Source: Anaeroplasma bactoclasticum
GTDB lineage: Bacteria > Bacillota_I > Bacilli_A > ML615J-28 > CAG-313
Length of the DNA stretch: 64,000 nt
NCBI GenBank assembly: GCA_023667245.1
Contig: JAMPAL010000002.1
Location: forward strand, 20,732-84,731
Direction: 5' to 3'
Shown here one piece after another: positions 49,194 to 58,585 of this stretch. The notes beneath the pieces are model-generated. The model was not told where the DNA came from and ran no database searches. It saw only the letters and a list, made by a program, of their open reading frames with translations. The first letter of the stretch is position 1; every line of letters begins with the position of its first letter. The translations under genes and the position numbers were made by a program.

Positions 49194-50990
49194 TTATGCA
49201 ATGGGTTCAAATTGAGAATTATATAACTCCGCATAAAAACCGCCTTGTTGCAGTAAGCTTTGATGTGTACCTTGTTCAATAATATCTCCATTTTTCATTA
49301 CCAAAATGACATCGGCATTTTTAATGGTAGAAAGACGATGAGCAATAACAAACGAAGTTCGTCCTTTTGTTAGGTTATCCATTGCATTTTGAATCACTTG
49401 TTCTGTTCTAGTATCTACACTAGATGTAGCCTCATCCAAAATCAATAATGGTGCATCCTTAATCATAGCTCTAGCAATCGTCAATTGTTGTTTCTGACCT
49501 TCTGATAAACTAATTGTATCATCAATCATTGTATCATAACCTTGCGCAAGTGTGTGGATAAAGTGTTTTAAACCAACAGCCTCACAGACTTCGTCTAATC
49601 TTTCATCACTCACTTGTTCTTTATTGTAAACTAAATTTTCTCTAATAGTTCCCTTAAATAGCCACGTATCTTGTAAAATCATATCAAATAAATCATGAAC
49701 AGTTTCTCTTTTCATATCAGTAATAGATATACCATCTATTTCTATAGATCCCGAATTCAGCTCATAAAAGCGCATGAGTAAATTAACGATGGTCGTTTTA
49801 CCAGCTCCTGTTGGTCCAACAATAGCTACTTTTTGTCCCTTTTTTAAATGGGCAGAAAAATCATGAATAATTGTATGCTCTTTTGAATATCCAAATTGAA
49901 CATGATCGAATGTCACATTGCCCTCTACTTGGTCTAAAACGATCTTTTTATGATTTTCATTTTCCAATTCCTCTGATTCTAGCATTTCAAATACGCGCTT
50001 AGATGCAGCTGATGCTTGTTGAATAGATGTCATTGACTGAGCAAAAGTGGTGAGTGGATTTGAAAACAATCTAGCATAAATTGTAAATGACATAATTGTA
50101 CCAAATGTAACCGTATGGCTTCCCCCTAATATCAGTGCTACTCCTACAATAAAAATCAATGCATAAGATAAATTGCCTATAAATCCCATAATAGGTTGCA
50201 TAAATCCTGATAAAAATTGTGATTTCCAATTATTCTGATATAACTGTTGATTAATAGATTGAAACTTCTGTTTGGCGTCTTCTTCTGCATTATAGGATTT
50301 CATTACATGATGATTGGTATACATTTCTTCAATATGTCCATTCATATCACCTAGATTTTTTTGCCTTCTATTAAAGAATTTTTGCGATTTTCCTAAAATA
50401 ATAAACATAACTAGAAATCCTAAAAGCGATGATATTGTTGTTACAACTGCTAAAATCGGATTAGTTACAAACATTTTATAGATTACACCAACAAATAAAA
50501 CGACTGCACTTACTAAATTCGCAATAGATGAACCAAGCGTTTGCGAAATTGTATCAACATCATTGGTTACTCTACTCAAAATATCTCCTCTTGTAGTCGT
50601 GTCAAAAAATTTTAGTGGCAAGTGATTGATTTTTTGATTGATATCTGTTCTTAAACTTTTAGATATTTTTTGCGTAATCGTTGCCATGATAAATTGTTGC
50701 GTATAATTCGCAATAGCACCTATCAAATATAGGGTGAGTAGCCATATACAAATGCGTACAAATACACTCATATCTATTCCTGTAGGAGATTTTAATCCAT
50801 TTAAAATGGTATCTGTCAATTCTTGAATTCTTTCTGGCCCAACAATTGTAGTTATTGCTCCCACTACAGCAAAAAACAAAGCAATTAAAATAGCAGGTAA
50901 ATACATCTTACAATAGACCAATATTTTTTTCAATGATTTCAAATCTGTTTTTTCTTTTGACTGACTCATCGGTCTCATATGTGGTGGCAT
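49194..50990 (-). CDS. ABC exporter half-transporter (TMD-NBD), canonical ATPase site
   Basis: Six TM helices, Walker A GPTGAGKTT, signature LSEGQKQ, and Walker B LLILDEATSSVD. Confidence 0.9.
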   Translation of the reverse strand: MPPHMRPMSQSKEKTDLKSLKKILVYCKMYLPAILIALFFAVVGAITTIVGPERIQELTDTILNGLKSPTGIDMSVFVRICIWLLTLYLIGAIANYTQQFIMATITQKISKSLRTDINQKINHLPLKFFDTTTRGDILSRVTNDVDTISQTLGSSIANLVSAVVLFVGVIYKMFVTNPILAVVTTISSLLGFLVMFIILGKSQKFFNRRQKNLGDMNGHIEEMYTNHHVMKSYNAEEDAKQKFQSINQQLYQNNWKSQFLSGFMQPIMGFIGNLSYALIFIVGVALILGGSHTVTFGTIMSFTIYARLFSNPLTTFAQSMTSIQQASAASKRVFEMLESEELENENHKKIVLDQVEGNVTFDHVQFGYSKEHTIIHDFSAHLKKGQKVAIVGPTGAGKTTIVNLLMRFYELNSGSIEIDGISITDMKRETVHDLFDMILQDTWLFKGTIRENLVYNKEQVSDERLDEVCEAVGLKHFIHTLAQGYDTMIDDTISLSEGQKQQLTIARAMIKDAPLLILDEATSSVDTRTEQVIQNAMDNLTKGRTSFVIAHRLSTIKNADVILVMKNGDIIEQGTHQSLLQQGGFYAELYNSQFEPIA

Positions 50991-50991
50991 A

Positions 50992-52731
50992 TTATAACTC
51001 CTCCTTTGTTAATTGTGATAAAGCGATTTCTTGATAAACACTACAACTATCTAGTAATGATTCGTGCTTTCCTATTCCTACGATTTTTCCTTCGTCTAAA
51101 ACAATAATTTGATCGGCATTTTTGATTGTACCAATACGTTGTGCAACGATAATTACTGTTTTGTCTTTTAACTTTTCTTTGATTTTTTTACGAATGAGCA
51201 TATCGGTCTTATAATCTAAGGCCGAAAATGTATCATCAAAAATCATGATTTCAGCATCTTTATAAATTGCCCTTGCAATAGATATTCTTTGTTTTTGTCC
51301 ACCTGAAAAATTTGTTCCACCTTGGGCCACTTCACTATCTATGCCTCGTTCTAATTCCTTTACAAAATGCGATTGTGAGATATCTAATGCCATAACTATT
51401 TGATCTTCATCTATTTTATTTGTACCATATGTAATATTCTCTTTGATTGTTCCTTTAAATAGTACCGCTTTTTGTGATGCAAGTGCAATCTTATCACGAA
51501 GATCATGTTCTTTATACACCTTAACATTCACACCATCTACTAAAATCGCTCCTGAACCAACATCATAGAATCTAGATATTAAATTGACAAGGGTAGTTTT
51601 ACCAGAACCTGTTGCACCAACAATAGCGAGCGTTTCTCCCTTCTTTACTTTAAAAGATATATGTTGTATTGCTGGGGCTGCATCCTTTGTATAGCTAAAA
51701 GATACATCTTGAAACTCAATAGTTCCCGTTTCAAAAGATGTTGTTCCTTCTCCATCTTTTATATTCAATGGAGTATGGAGCACATCATATATACGTCCAC
51801 CAGAAACAATAGTTCGCGGTAAAATAATGAAAATCATAATAAGCATCATAAAAGCCATAATCACTTGCATTGCATACTGTGTGAAAGCTGTCATATTCCC
51901 TAATAAAATTTGTTTTTCCATCATACCTTCTGTTTGATTAATTAGAATGGCTCCTATAAAATAGATGGCAAGAGTTAAAGCATTCATACAAATTGTCATA
52001 ACAGGATTCATCAATCCCATTGTTCTACTTGTAAACAAATTATTTTTTGTAATTTCCTTATTGGTTTGTTCAAATTTTTCTTCTTGATATTTTTCCGCAT
52101 TAAAAGCTCGAACGACTCTTACACCACTTACGTTTTCCCTTGTAATATCGTTTAAGTCATCCGTTAATTTTTGAATTTTCTTGAATCTATTATAACAAAT
52201 AGCAACCAATATACCCACAACAATCACGATAACTGCTACTGTAAGAATCGTTGCTAGTGTCCAAGCGATATGTGTTTCAGAAATTTTGCAAATTGCCCAT
52301 ATGGCCATAATGGGTGCTTTAAATAATAACTGTACACCCATGGCTACAAACATCTGCATTTGAACGACATCCGTCGTTGTTCTTGTAATTAAGCTAGGAG
52401 TTGAAAATTGGTTGATTTCTTGATTTGAAAAACCAACTACTTTTTCAAATAATTTTTCCCGTAATCTCATTGAAAATGAACTTGCTACTTTCGAAATAAA
52501 ATAACCACATGCTATGGCAGCTATTAAACTACCCATTGCACAAAGTAACATCCTTCCGCCATTATACCATACATCAGCCATTGTGATTTGTTCAGATGAT
52601 ACAAGGGTGGTCAAAGCCTTTGTATAGTCTGGCATTTTTAATTCTAAACCCACCTGGAGTATAATTAGCCCGATACAAATTATAATATATACCCAGTCCT
52701 TCTTTTTTAAATATCGAAATAGTTTTATCAT
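50992..52731 (-). CDS. ABC exporter half-transporter (TMD-NBD), degenerate catalytic site
   Basis: Walker A GATGSGKTT and signature FSGGQKQ. Walker B is IMIFDDTFSALD, with Asp in place of the catalytic Glu, as in heterodimeric exporters of the LmrCD/BmrCD type. There is a 1-nt gap to the partner gene. Confidence 0.9.
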   Translation of the reverse strand: MIKLFRYLKKKDWVYIIICIGLIILQVGLELKMPDYTKALTTLVSSEQITMADVWYNGGRMLLCAMGSLIAAIACGYFISKVASSFSMRLREKLFEKVVGFSNQEINQFSTPSLITRTTTDVVQMQMFVAMGVQLLFKAPIMAIWAICKISETHIAWTLATILTVAVIVIVVGILVAICYNRFKKIQKLTDDLNDITRENVSGVRVVRAFNAEKYQEEKFEQTNKEITKNNLFTSRTMGLMNPVMTICMNALTLAIYFIGAILINQTEGMMEKQILLGNMTAFTQYAMQVIMAFMMLIMIFIILPRTIVSGGRIYDVLHTPLNIKDGEGTTSFETGTIEFQDVSFSYTKDAAPAIQHISFKVKKGETLAIVGATGSGKTTLVNLISRFYDVGSGAILVDGVNVKVYKEHDLRDKIALASQKAVLFKGTIKENITYGTNKIDEDQIVMALDISQSHFVKELERGIDSEVAQGGTNFSGGQKQRISIARAIYKDAEIMIFDDTFSALDYKTDMLIRKKIKEKLKDKTVIIVAQRIGTIKNADQIIVLDEGKIVGIGKHESLLDSCSVYQEIALSQLTKEEL

Positions 52732-52812
52732 GTTGCCTCCTTTTATCTACCCTAGTTAGATATTTAATTATTTTTTATGCAGGAAGATTCCTGCTCATTG
52801 TTTTTAAATGAA

Positions 52813-53241
52813 TTATACTTCATTTGTATGTTCTATGGCCTCTTTTATTTTCATAGAAATTCGAATAAATTCCTCGATATCTTTGACCCCAACTACTTCA
52901 ATCAATCTTTCCATCCCTGAAATTAATTCTTCTTTAAACGCATCTACTTGTTTTTTCCCTGCTTCGGTAATTTCAATAATGGTCTTCCTTGCATCTTCTG
53001 GCGAACTATATGTTCTAATTAAGCTTCTTGCCTCCATTTTTTTGATCAATACTGCTATACGTGCTGTGGAAACATTTAAGTGTTTGGCTAAATCCCCTGC
53101 AATTACTTTTCCTTTTGCATCTTCTAAATAACCTAAAATAAAATGAATTCCCCGATCAGTCATATTCAATTGATTGATAAAGTCTGATTTGCTTGGCTTC
53201 ATTTTGTGAATTAATTCAATAGCTTTCTCACGTTGATTCAT
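52813..53241 (-). CDS. MarR family transcriptional regulator
   Basis: 142 aa with a winged-helix segment (GDLAKHLNVSTARIAVLIKKMEARSLIRTYSSPEDARKTIIEITEAGK). It lies directly upstream of the ABC exporter genes. Confidence 0.9.
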   Translation of the reverse strand: MNQREKAIELIHKMKPSKSDFINQLNMTDRGIHFILGYLEDAKGKVIAGDLAKHLNVSTARIAVLIKKMEARSLIRTYSSPEDARKTIIEITEAGKKQVDAFKEELISGMERLIEVVGVKDIEEFIRISMKIKEAIEHTNEV

Positions 53242-53270
53242 ATATACTCCATTTTTATCTAACTAGGTTA

Positions 53271-53299
53271 TATTTTATCATTTTAGCATTATGGTGTCA
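53271..53299 (-). promoter_or_regulatory. Sigma-70-type promoter of the marR-ABC operon
   Basis: Minus strand: TTGACA (53299..53294), a 17-nt spacer, then TAAAAT (53276..53271). The 12-mer box at 53255-53266 lies between the -10 element and the ATG. Confidence 0.6.
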
Positions 53300-53613
53300 A
53301 GGATTTTATAGCCAATTTCAGAAATATATCACACAACAAGACTTTTTTTAGCTATGTTATTTTTTTCCTATTCTTTCTATACACCAATTATTGTATCATA
53401 ACTGACCCTCCTTATTGATATTTTATTCAAAGTTTTTTATGCCATTCCTTCAATGTTGATATTTTTATATAAAACAGTATATCGTTATCTCTACTTTAGT
53501 ATTATGATGAATAAAACCACTTATATTTAATCCTTTATATCTAATTTTTTAAATATATCCTTTCCCGCTATAGGTTAAAACGCTGTCCTGTAATACTTTT
53601 TTTGGTATCACAG

Positions 53614-53665
53614 AAAATGTCAATTTAGTATAAAAATTGACATTTTTTACCAATATTTGTATAAT
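53614..53665 (+). promoter_or_regulatory. Consensus promoter TTGACA-N17-TATAAT overlapped by a perfect 13-bp inverted repeat (candidate operator)
   Basis: -35 TTGACA at 53637-53642, an exact 17-nt spacer, and -10 TATAAT at 53660-53665. The inverted-repeat arms are aaaatgtcaattt (53614-53626) and aaattgacatttt (53634-53646). Confidence 0.65.
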
Positions 53666-53699
53666 ATATTTATATATTATGAAATGGAGGGGTAAATAT

Positions 53700-55046
53700 A
53701 TGATTAGAAAGTATTTGAATGCAGATGTATATCATAGTCTATTGAAGCGCCTAAATTTTATATTTAAACAATTTGATAATATATATGTTTCATTTTCCGG
53801 AGGTAAAGATAGCGGACTATTATTAAACTTGGTCCTTGATTTTCAAAAAAAATATTATCCTAATCGTAAAATTGGTGTTTTCCATCAGGATTTTGAAGCA
53901 CAGTACACGCTAACAGCTGAATATGTTGAACGAACTTTTGAAAAGATAAAAGATAGTGTTGAACCCTACTGGGTGTGTTTACCTATGGCCACTAGAACTG
54001 CTGTAAGCAATTACAAAATGTACTGGTATCCTTGGGATGATACCAAAGAAGAATTATGGGTTAGAAAAATGCCCAAACATGATTATGTCATTAATCTCAA
54101 AAATAATAAGATTACTACCTATCGTTATCAAATGCATCAAGAAGATTTAGCAAAACAATTTGGAAGGTGGTACAAAGAAATTCACGAAGGAAAATCGACC
54201 ATTTGTTTATTGGGTATTCGTGCTGATGAGTCACTACAAAGATATAGTGGATTTTTAAATAAAAAATATGGGTATATGGGACAATGCTGGATTACAAACC
54301 AATTTAAAAATGTGTGGTGTGCTTCCCCTTTATACGATTGGAGTGTTAGCGATGTATGGCATGCCAATTTCTTATTTGGATATGACTATAATCGCCTTTA
54401 TGACCTATATTATATGGCCGGGTTAAAACCATCACAAATGCGTGTGGCTTCTCCTTTTAATGATAGTGCAAAAGAAAGTTTAAACTTATACAGAATTATT
54501 GATCCCGAAATATGGGTAAAACTCGTTGGTAGAGTACATGGTGCAAATTTTGCTTCCATCTATGGTAAAACAAAAGCACTGGGTTATCGCAATATTACAC
54601 TTCCAGAAGGACATACATGGGAGTCCTATACTAAATTTCTTCTTTCTACGCTTCCTACACAAATTCGCAACAATTATGTCAAAAAATTCAATACATCTAT
54701 TCAATTTTGGCATACCATTGGTGGTGGTTTAGAAGACGAGGTTATTGAAGAATTAATTCAAAAAGGATATCATATCCGTTGTAATGGTGTTTCAAATTAT
54801 ACCGTTTTAAAAAATAAGCGAGTTGTGTTTGTAGGTAAAATACCTGATCATACAGATGATATTCGCTCTACTAAAGATATACCTAGTTGGAAAAGAATGT
54901 GTTACTGCATTTTAAAAAATGATCATATATGCCGATTCATGGGATTTGGATTATCTAGACAGCAACAGAAATTACTTGATACAATTAAAGAAAAATACAA
55001 AATTTTGGAAGAGGTGGATGATGAGTTACAAAAGTCCAGTATATAA
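53700..55046 (+). CDS. IbrA-like PAPS-reductase/PP-loop ATPase with a DUF3440-type C-terminal domain
   Basis: PP-loop motif SFSGGKDS lies near the N terminus, and the long C-terminal domain has a WK.MC..ILKND..C-like segment. I place the start at ATG 53700, preceded by GGAGGGG. The track start at 53637 lies inside the promoter. Confidence 0.8.
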   Translation: MIRKYLNADVYHSLLKRLNFIFKQFDNIYVSFSGGKDSGLLLNLVLDFQKKYYPNRKIGVFHQDFEAQYTLTAEYVERTFEKIKDSVEPYWVCLPMATRTAVSNYKMYWYPWDDTKEELWVRKMPKHDYVINLKNNKITTYRYQMHQEDLAKQFGRWYKEIHEGKSTICLLGIRADESLQRYSGFLNKKYGYMGQCWITNQFKNVWCASPLYDWSVSDVWHANFLFGYDYNRLYDLYYMAGLKPSQMRVASPFNDSAKESLNLYRIIDPEIWVKLVGRVHGANFASIYGKTKALGYRNITLPEGHTWESYTKFLLSTLPTQIRNNYVKKFNTSIQFWHTIGGGLEDEVIEELIQKGYHIRCNGVSNYTVLKNKRVVFVGKIPDHTDDIRSTKDIPSWKRMCYCILKNDHICRFMGFGLSRQQQKLLDTIKEKYKILEEVDDELQKSSI

Positions 55047-55572
55047 TATTATTGCGGTGCCACTAGAAAAGATTATTCCCAATACGTATAATCCCAATTC
55101 CGTTGCACCACCAGAACTCCAGTTATTATATGAAAGCATCAAAATCGATGGCTATACTATGCCTATTGTATGTTATTACAATCCAGTAGAAGACAACTAT
55201 ATCATTATAGATGGTTTTCATCGTTATCGCATTATGTTGGAATATCCTGATATTTATGAAAGGGAAAATGGTCTATTACCTGTATCTGTCATTGATAAAT
55301 CATTTGATTACCGAATGGCGAGTACCATTCGACATAATCGTGCAAGAGGTAGCCATAATGTAGACTTAATGAGCAATATTGTCAAAGAATTGACCAAATT
55401 AGGCCGTTCTGATGCGTGGATTTCAAAACATCTAGGTATGGATAAAGATGAAATATTGCGACTGAAACAAATAACTGGTTTAGAAGCTCTTTTTAAAGAT
55501 GTTGATTTTGGAAAAAGTTGGGTACCTGAAGAAGAAATTAAATTAATAGATGAAAAAGAGAAAATAGGTTAA
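55018..55572 (+). CDS. IbrB-like ParB/Srx-fold nuclease-domain protein
   Basis: ParB-like N-terminal domain (VPLEKIIPNTYNPNSV ... IIDGFHRY). The start ATGATG at 55018 overlaps the end of the upstream gene and is preceded by GGAAGAGGTGG. Confidence 0.8.
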   Translation: MMSYKSPVYNIIAVPLEKIIPNTYNPNSVAPPELQLLYESIKIDGYTMPIVCYYNPVEDNYIIIDGFHRYRIMLEYPDIYERENGLLPVSVIDKSFDYRMASTIRHNRARGSHNVDLMSNIVKELTKLGRSDAWISKHLGMDKDEILRLKQITGLEALFKDVDFGKSWVPEEEIKLIDEKEKIG

Positions 55573-55579
55573 TAAATAG

Positions 55580-55613
55580 AAAAGTGGATAACGAAATACG
55601 TTATCCACTTTTT
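55580..55613. terminator. Bidirectional terminator between convergent genes
   Basis: aagtggataacg (55582-55593) pairs with cgttatccactt (55599-55610). It is preceded by an A-run and followed by TTTT. Confidence 0.6.
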
Positions 55614-55644
55614 CATACAATATGACTATAATTATTTATATATG

Positions 55645-56529
55645 TTATTCTACTTTAATATATCCATCAAATCCTGCTGCTTTTGCTTTTGCTAATAATG
55701 CTTCTGCGTTTGCTCTTACAGAGAATGCACCCAATTGAACGCAATATAATTGTCCATAAGTTTTGATGTATCCATCAAATCCTGCTGCTTTTACTTGTGT
55801 TAATAATGCATCTGCATTTGCTTTTACAGAGAATGCACCTACTTGTACACAATATAAAGTATCACTTTGGTTCATTTTGTTGTATACATCTTGACGTAAT
55901 GTATCCATTGATTTTCCAAATTTTGAGAACCAATGTCCAGGATCGGCATGATTAGATGCAACACCGCGTTGATATCCTTCGTAGTGACCAATGATAACAC
56001 CATCAGCTAATGGATTAAAATTATATAATTTGCAAAGGTATGCACAAAGTTCAACTGCTTCATTATAAACCTTTAAGAAATAATCTTTATCAGTTAGGGC
56101 ATCTTCACACATTTCAAATCCAATATGCGTATTGTTTGCGGCACCACCACAATGCCAACCTCTCATATTCCATGGAAGTGTTTGATAAGTAGCAACTGTT
56201 CCATCAGCTAGTTTACCAATGAAAGCATGTACACATTTTTGTTGACCATCAGGTTTAGATTGATTCCAGTGATTACCACCAGTATTTGTACCAATTAAAC
56301 CATCATTAGGTGCTAAATAGCGTTTTAAATTTGGATTGTTTGCACCAGTTGAATGTACCATAATACCTTTAGGTGTAATATATTGTCCTGCTTTATAGCA
56401 ATCATTATTGGTTAAGATTAGTTTATGTAAATTTGGATTGCCTTCAGCAGAAACAGGTTCAACTTTATTCGCAAATCCTAAAAACAAGCAAATTGATAAT
56501 ATACAAATTAGACTAATAAATTTTTTCAT
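55645..56529 (-). CDS. Secreted N-acetylmuramoyl-L-alanine amidase (amidase_2/PGRP type) with two C-terminal SPOR domains
   Basis: Signal peptide, amidase_2-like segments (GIMVHSTGANN, HAFIG, GWHCGG, NHADPGHWF), and two copies of LYCVQ(V/L)GAFS(V)(K/R)ANA(D/E)ALL...KAAGFDGYIK. Confidence 0.85.
   Translation of the reverse strand: MKKFISLICILSICLFLGFANKVEPVSAEGNPNLHKLILTNNDCYKAGQYITPKGIMVHSTGANNPNLKRYLAPNDGLIGTNTGGNHWNQSKPDGQQKCVHAFIGKLADGTVATYQTLPWNMRGWHCGGAANNTHIGFEMCEDALTDKDYFLKVYNEAVELCAYLCKLYNFNPLADGVIIGHYEGYQRGVASNHADPGHWFSKFGKSMDTLRQDVYNKMNQSDTLYCVQVGAFSVKANADALLTQVKAAGFDGYIKTYGQLYCVQLGAFSVRANAEALLAKAKAAGFDGYIKVE
55648..55860 (-). repeat. Tandem 108-nt coding repeat (two SPOR domains)
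   Basis: Two adjacent, highly similar stretches on the plus strand: atccatcaaatcctgctgcttttgc... and atccatcaaatcctgctgcttttac... Confidence 0.7.
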
Positions 56530-56893
56530 TTTCTTCTCTCCTTATTTTATATTTTAGTCTCACTTTTTTTAATCTTCCAGCAATTTATTCATTTTTTGAG
56601 ACCCCTACTTGAATAAAATGCCTACTTTAGACTTATAAACATGTATCTACCATTATTATCAATCCCCCCCTGCTTACAAATCAAATTGTATATTCACATC
56701 CGATTCATATCTTTACACCTCATTATACCAATATTAATTGTCGAAAAAGATAGAAATGTGTAGTAACTATAGGAAAAAAGAAAATATTATTCGTAGAATT
56801 AGATGAATGACTAACTCATATTTTTGTTATAACCTATTACATTATTACCATAAAAGTCTAGTTATGACTTTTCAACTATCTTGTTTATTCCAC

Positions 56894-57265
56894 TTATTTG
56901 TCAAATAAAAAAATGCCACAATACTGTGACATTGAACATACAAAATGCCTAACTGCTACGATATCTATTCCTTTTATAGGTGGGTGGGACGATAAGTCTC
57001 TTTTAAATTTTTTTAATATATCATGGTGACCGATATCAACTAAAATAATAAGCTCTTCATTTTCAAAATACCATATTATTCTAATATCCATATTAATACT
57101 GCTTTCGTAAAGATCTTTTTGACCTTTAATCTTTTTTGTTCTTAAAGATGGATGTAATACATTTTCCACAAACAACTTCATTTTATTTTGAAACTGAATT
57201 TGCTCATTATTAGTAAGATTATTAAAAGCTTTCTTAAATCTTTCAGTATATGCTAATTTATACAT
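56894..57265 (-). CDS. RelE/ParE-superfamily toxin with an about 35-aa C-terminal extension
   Basis: The first about 88 aa (MYKLAYTERFKKAFNNL...HPSLRTKKIKG...YESSINMDIRIIWYFENEELIILVDIGHHDIL) fit the RelE/YafQ-like toxin pattern. The tail (…SSHPPIKGIDIVAVRHFVCSMSQYCGIFLFDK) looks like readthrough. Confidence 0.7.
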   Translation of the reverse strand: MYKLAYTERFKKAFNNLTNNEQIQFQNKMKLFVENVLHPSLRTKKIKGQKDLYESSINMDIRIIWYFENEELIILVDIGHHDILKKFKRDLSSHPPIKGIDIVAVRHFVCSMSQYCGIFLFDK

Positions 57266-57268
57266 AAG

Positions 57269-57535
57269 CTACTCCTTACTATCATCTTTAAGACTCTTTA
57301 ATAAATCATCTACATTATTAAATGTATTGTATTCTAATTTTACATCCTCTCTTAATACTTGGATTTCTTCAGCTAATTTTAATATATATTCTTTTGGGTA
57401 TACAGCGACAGGTTCCAGTTTAATGCTACCATTTTCAATTGATACTTCAAATTTATCTCCTTCTTGTAAATTTAAATTTTTTACAATTTCTTTGGGTAAA
57501 GTGATTTGCGACTTCTTTCTTAATTCAATAATCAT
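57269..57535 (-). CDS. AbrB/MazE/SpoVT-family antitoxin
   Basis: N-terminal swapped-hairpin motif (LRKKSQITLPKEIVKNLNLQEGDKFEVSIENGSIKLEPV). It ends 3 nt before the toxin start. Confidence 0.75.
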   Translation of the reverse strand: MIIELRKKSQITLPKEIVKNLNLQEGDKFEVSIENGSIKLEPVAVYPKEYILKLAEEIQVLREDVKLEYNTFNNVDDLLKSLKDDSKE

Positions 57536-57816
57536 AATATCCTCCTTGTCGTAAATTCCAACTTTCCTACTATCAGTATATCATATTCAAATTAAATTAT
57601 CAACTATTATAAATAAAAAGAATTCAAATCCCATCAACAGACTATTTTCCAACACCTCTAAAATACACTATATTCAAATCACTTGAATTGCAAAAATCTA
57701 GTAACTTTACTAGAAAATAAAAAAATTGCTCCAAATATGGAACAAAATCTTATAAATTAGGTATTAAAACCTCTATATTTGAACTACAAGTCAAGTGACT
57801 TATAGACACATTCTAA

Positions 57817-57907
57817 TGGCGGAAAAAAGGGGATTTGAACCCCTGCGTCGGTCTCCCGACCTACAAGCTTTCCAAGCCTGCCCCTTCAGCCTCTTGGGTA
57901 TTTTTCC
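57817..57907 (-). tRNA. tRNA-Ser (anticodon GGA), long variable arm, CCA encoded
   Basis: Hand fold: acceptor GGAAAAA/TTTTTCC, anticodon stem CAGGC/GCTTG with loop TTGGAAA, T-loop GGGGTTCAAATCCCC. Length 91 nt. Confidence 0.9.
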
Positions 57908-58083
57908 TTTTTCTACTTGTTTATTATATCATATCATCTTTCATTTGACTCAATAAATGAATTATTATTTTTATTTCAAGATATATATCCCAAACAAGTA
58001 TCTATATTATTTTCAAAATGGCAAAAAAAATATAGAATATAGCTTTTCTGCTATTTCCTTTATATTTTATTGGACACTATCGA

Positions 58084-58564
58084 TTATTTTTGATCCCATT
58101 CTTTTTTAAGATTGCATATTGAGATGTATTTTCATACTTTGTTGTTCCATCAAGAAAGTTTATAAGCGAAATAAATTCTAAAAATAAACCCTCTTGCCGC
58201 ATTTCTAACTTTTTGCATAGTTTTTAACAAGCATAATTATCATCTTCTGTATATATATAAATTCTTATTGTCCTTGATAGTCTAAGTGAAGCATCCAACA
58301 TGGGGAAAATGTCTCTTTGTCTTCTTCTAATTGTGAAAACACTTCTCCAATTACCTTTCCTGTCATTTTTAAACATATTGCAAAATCATACTCATTGAAA
58401 TGAATCAAACGTCTAACTATCTCTTTTCTTGCTTCTTCTATGGAGTTTAATCACATATCCATGAAACAATTGACTGATGACGCAGATAAATATTCAAACA
58501 TATCTTGTGCATTATCTTGCGTAAAAGATCTCAAGATGAGTCTATTGGTTTCTATCCTATGAAT
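58084..58564 (-). pseudogene. GNAT family N-acetyltransferase (RimJ/RimL-like) pseudogene
   Basis: The minus-strand translation gives IETNRLILRSFTQDNAQDMFEYLS...VIGEVFSQLEEDKETFSPCWMLHLDYQGQ ... RIYIYTEDDNYAC*KLCKKLEMRQEGLFLEFISL...QYAILKK. It has no start codon, carries in-frame TGA and TAA stops, and has at least two frameshifts, one at an A-run near the 3' end. Confidence 0.5.
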
Positions 58565-58585
58565 TCTTCTTTAAAACAAATTTTT

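Noticed and set aside
53637-53699. The track start codon at 53637 for the IbrA-like gene. The same question applies to 39697 for the MATE gene, 54919 for the ParB-like gene and 58825 for the ferredoxin-like gene.
   Set aside because: The upstream extensions overlap promoter or hairpin elements or the preceding gene, lack an RBS, and add implausible N-terminal residues. Internal ATGs with good Shine-Dalgarno sequences (53700, 39631, 55018, 58774) fit the conserved N termini.
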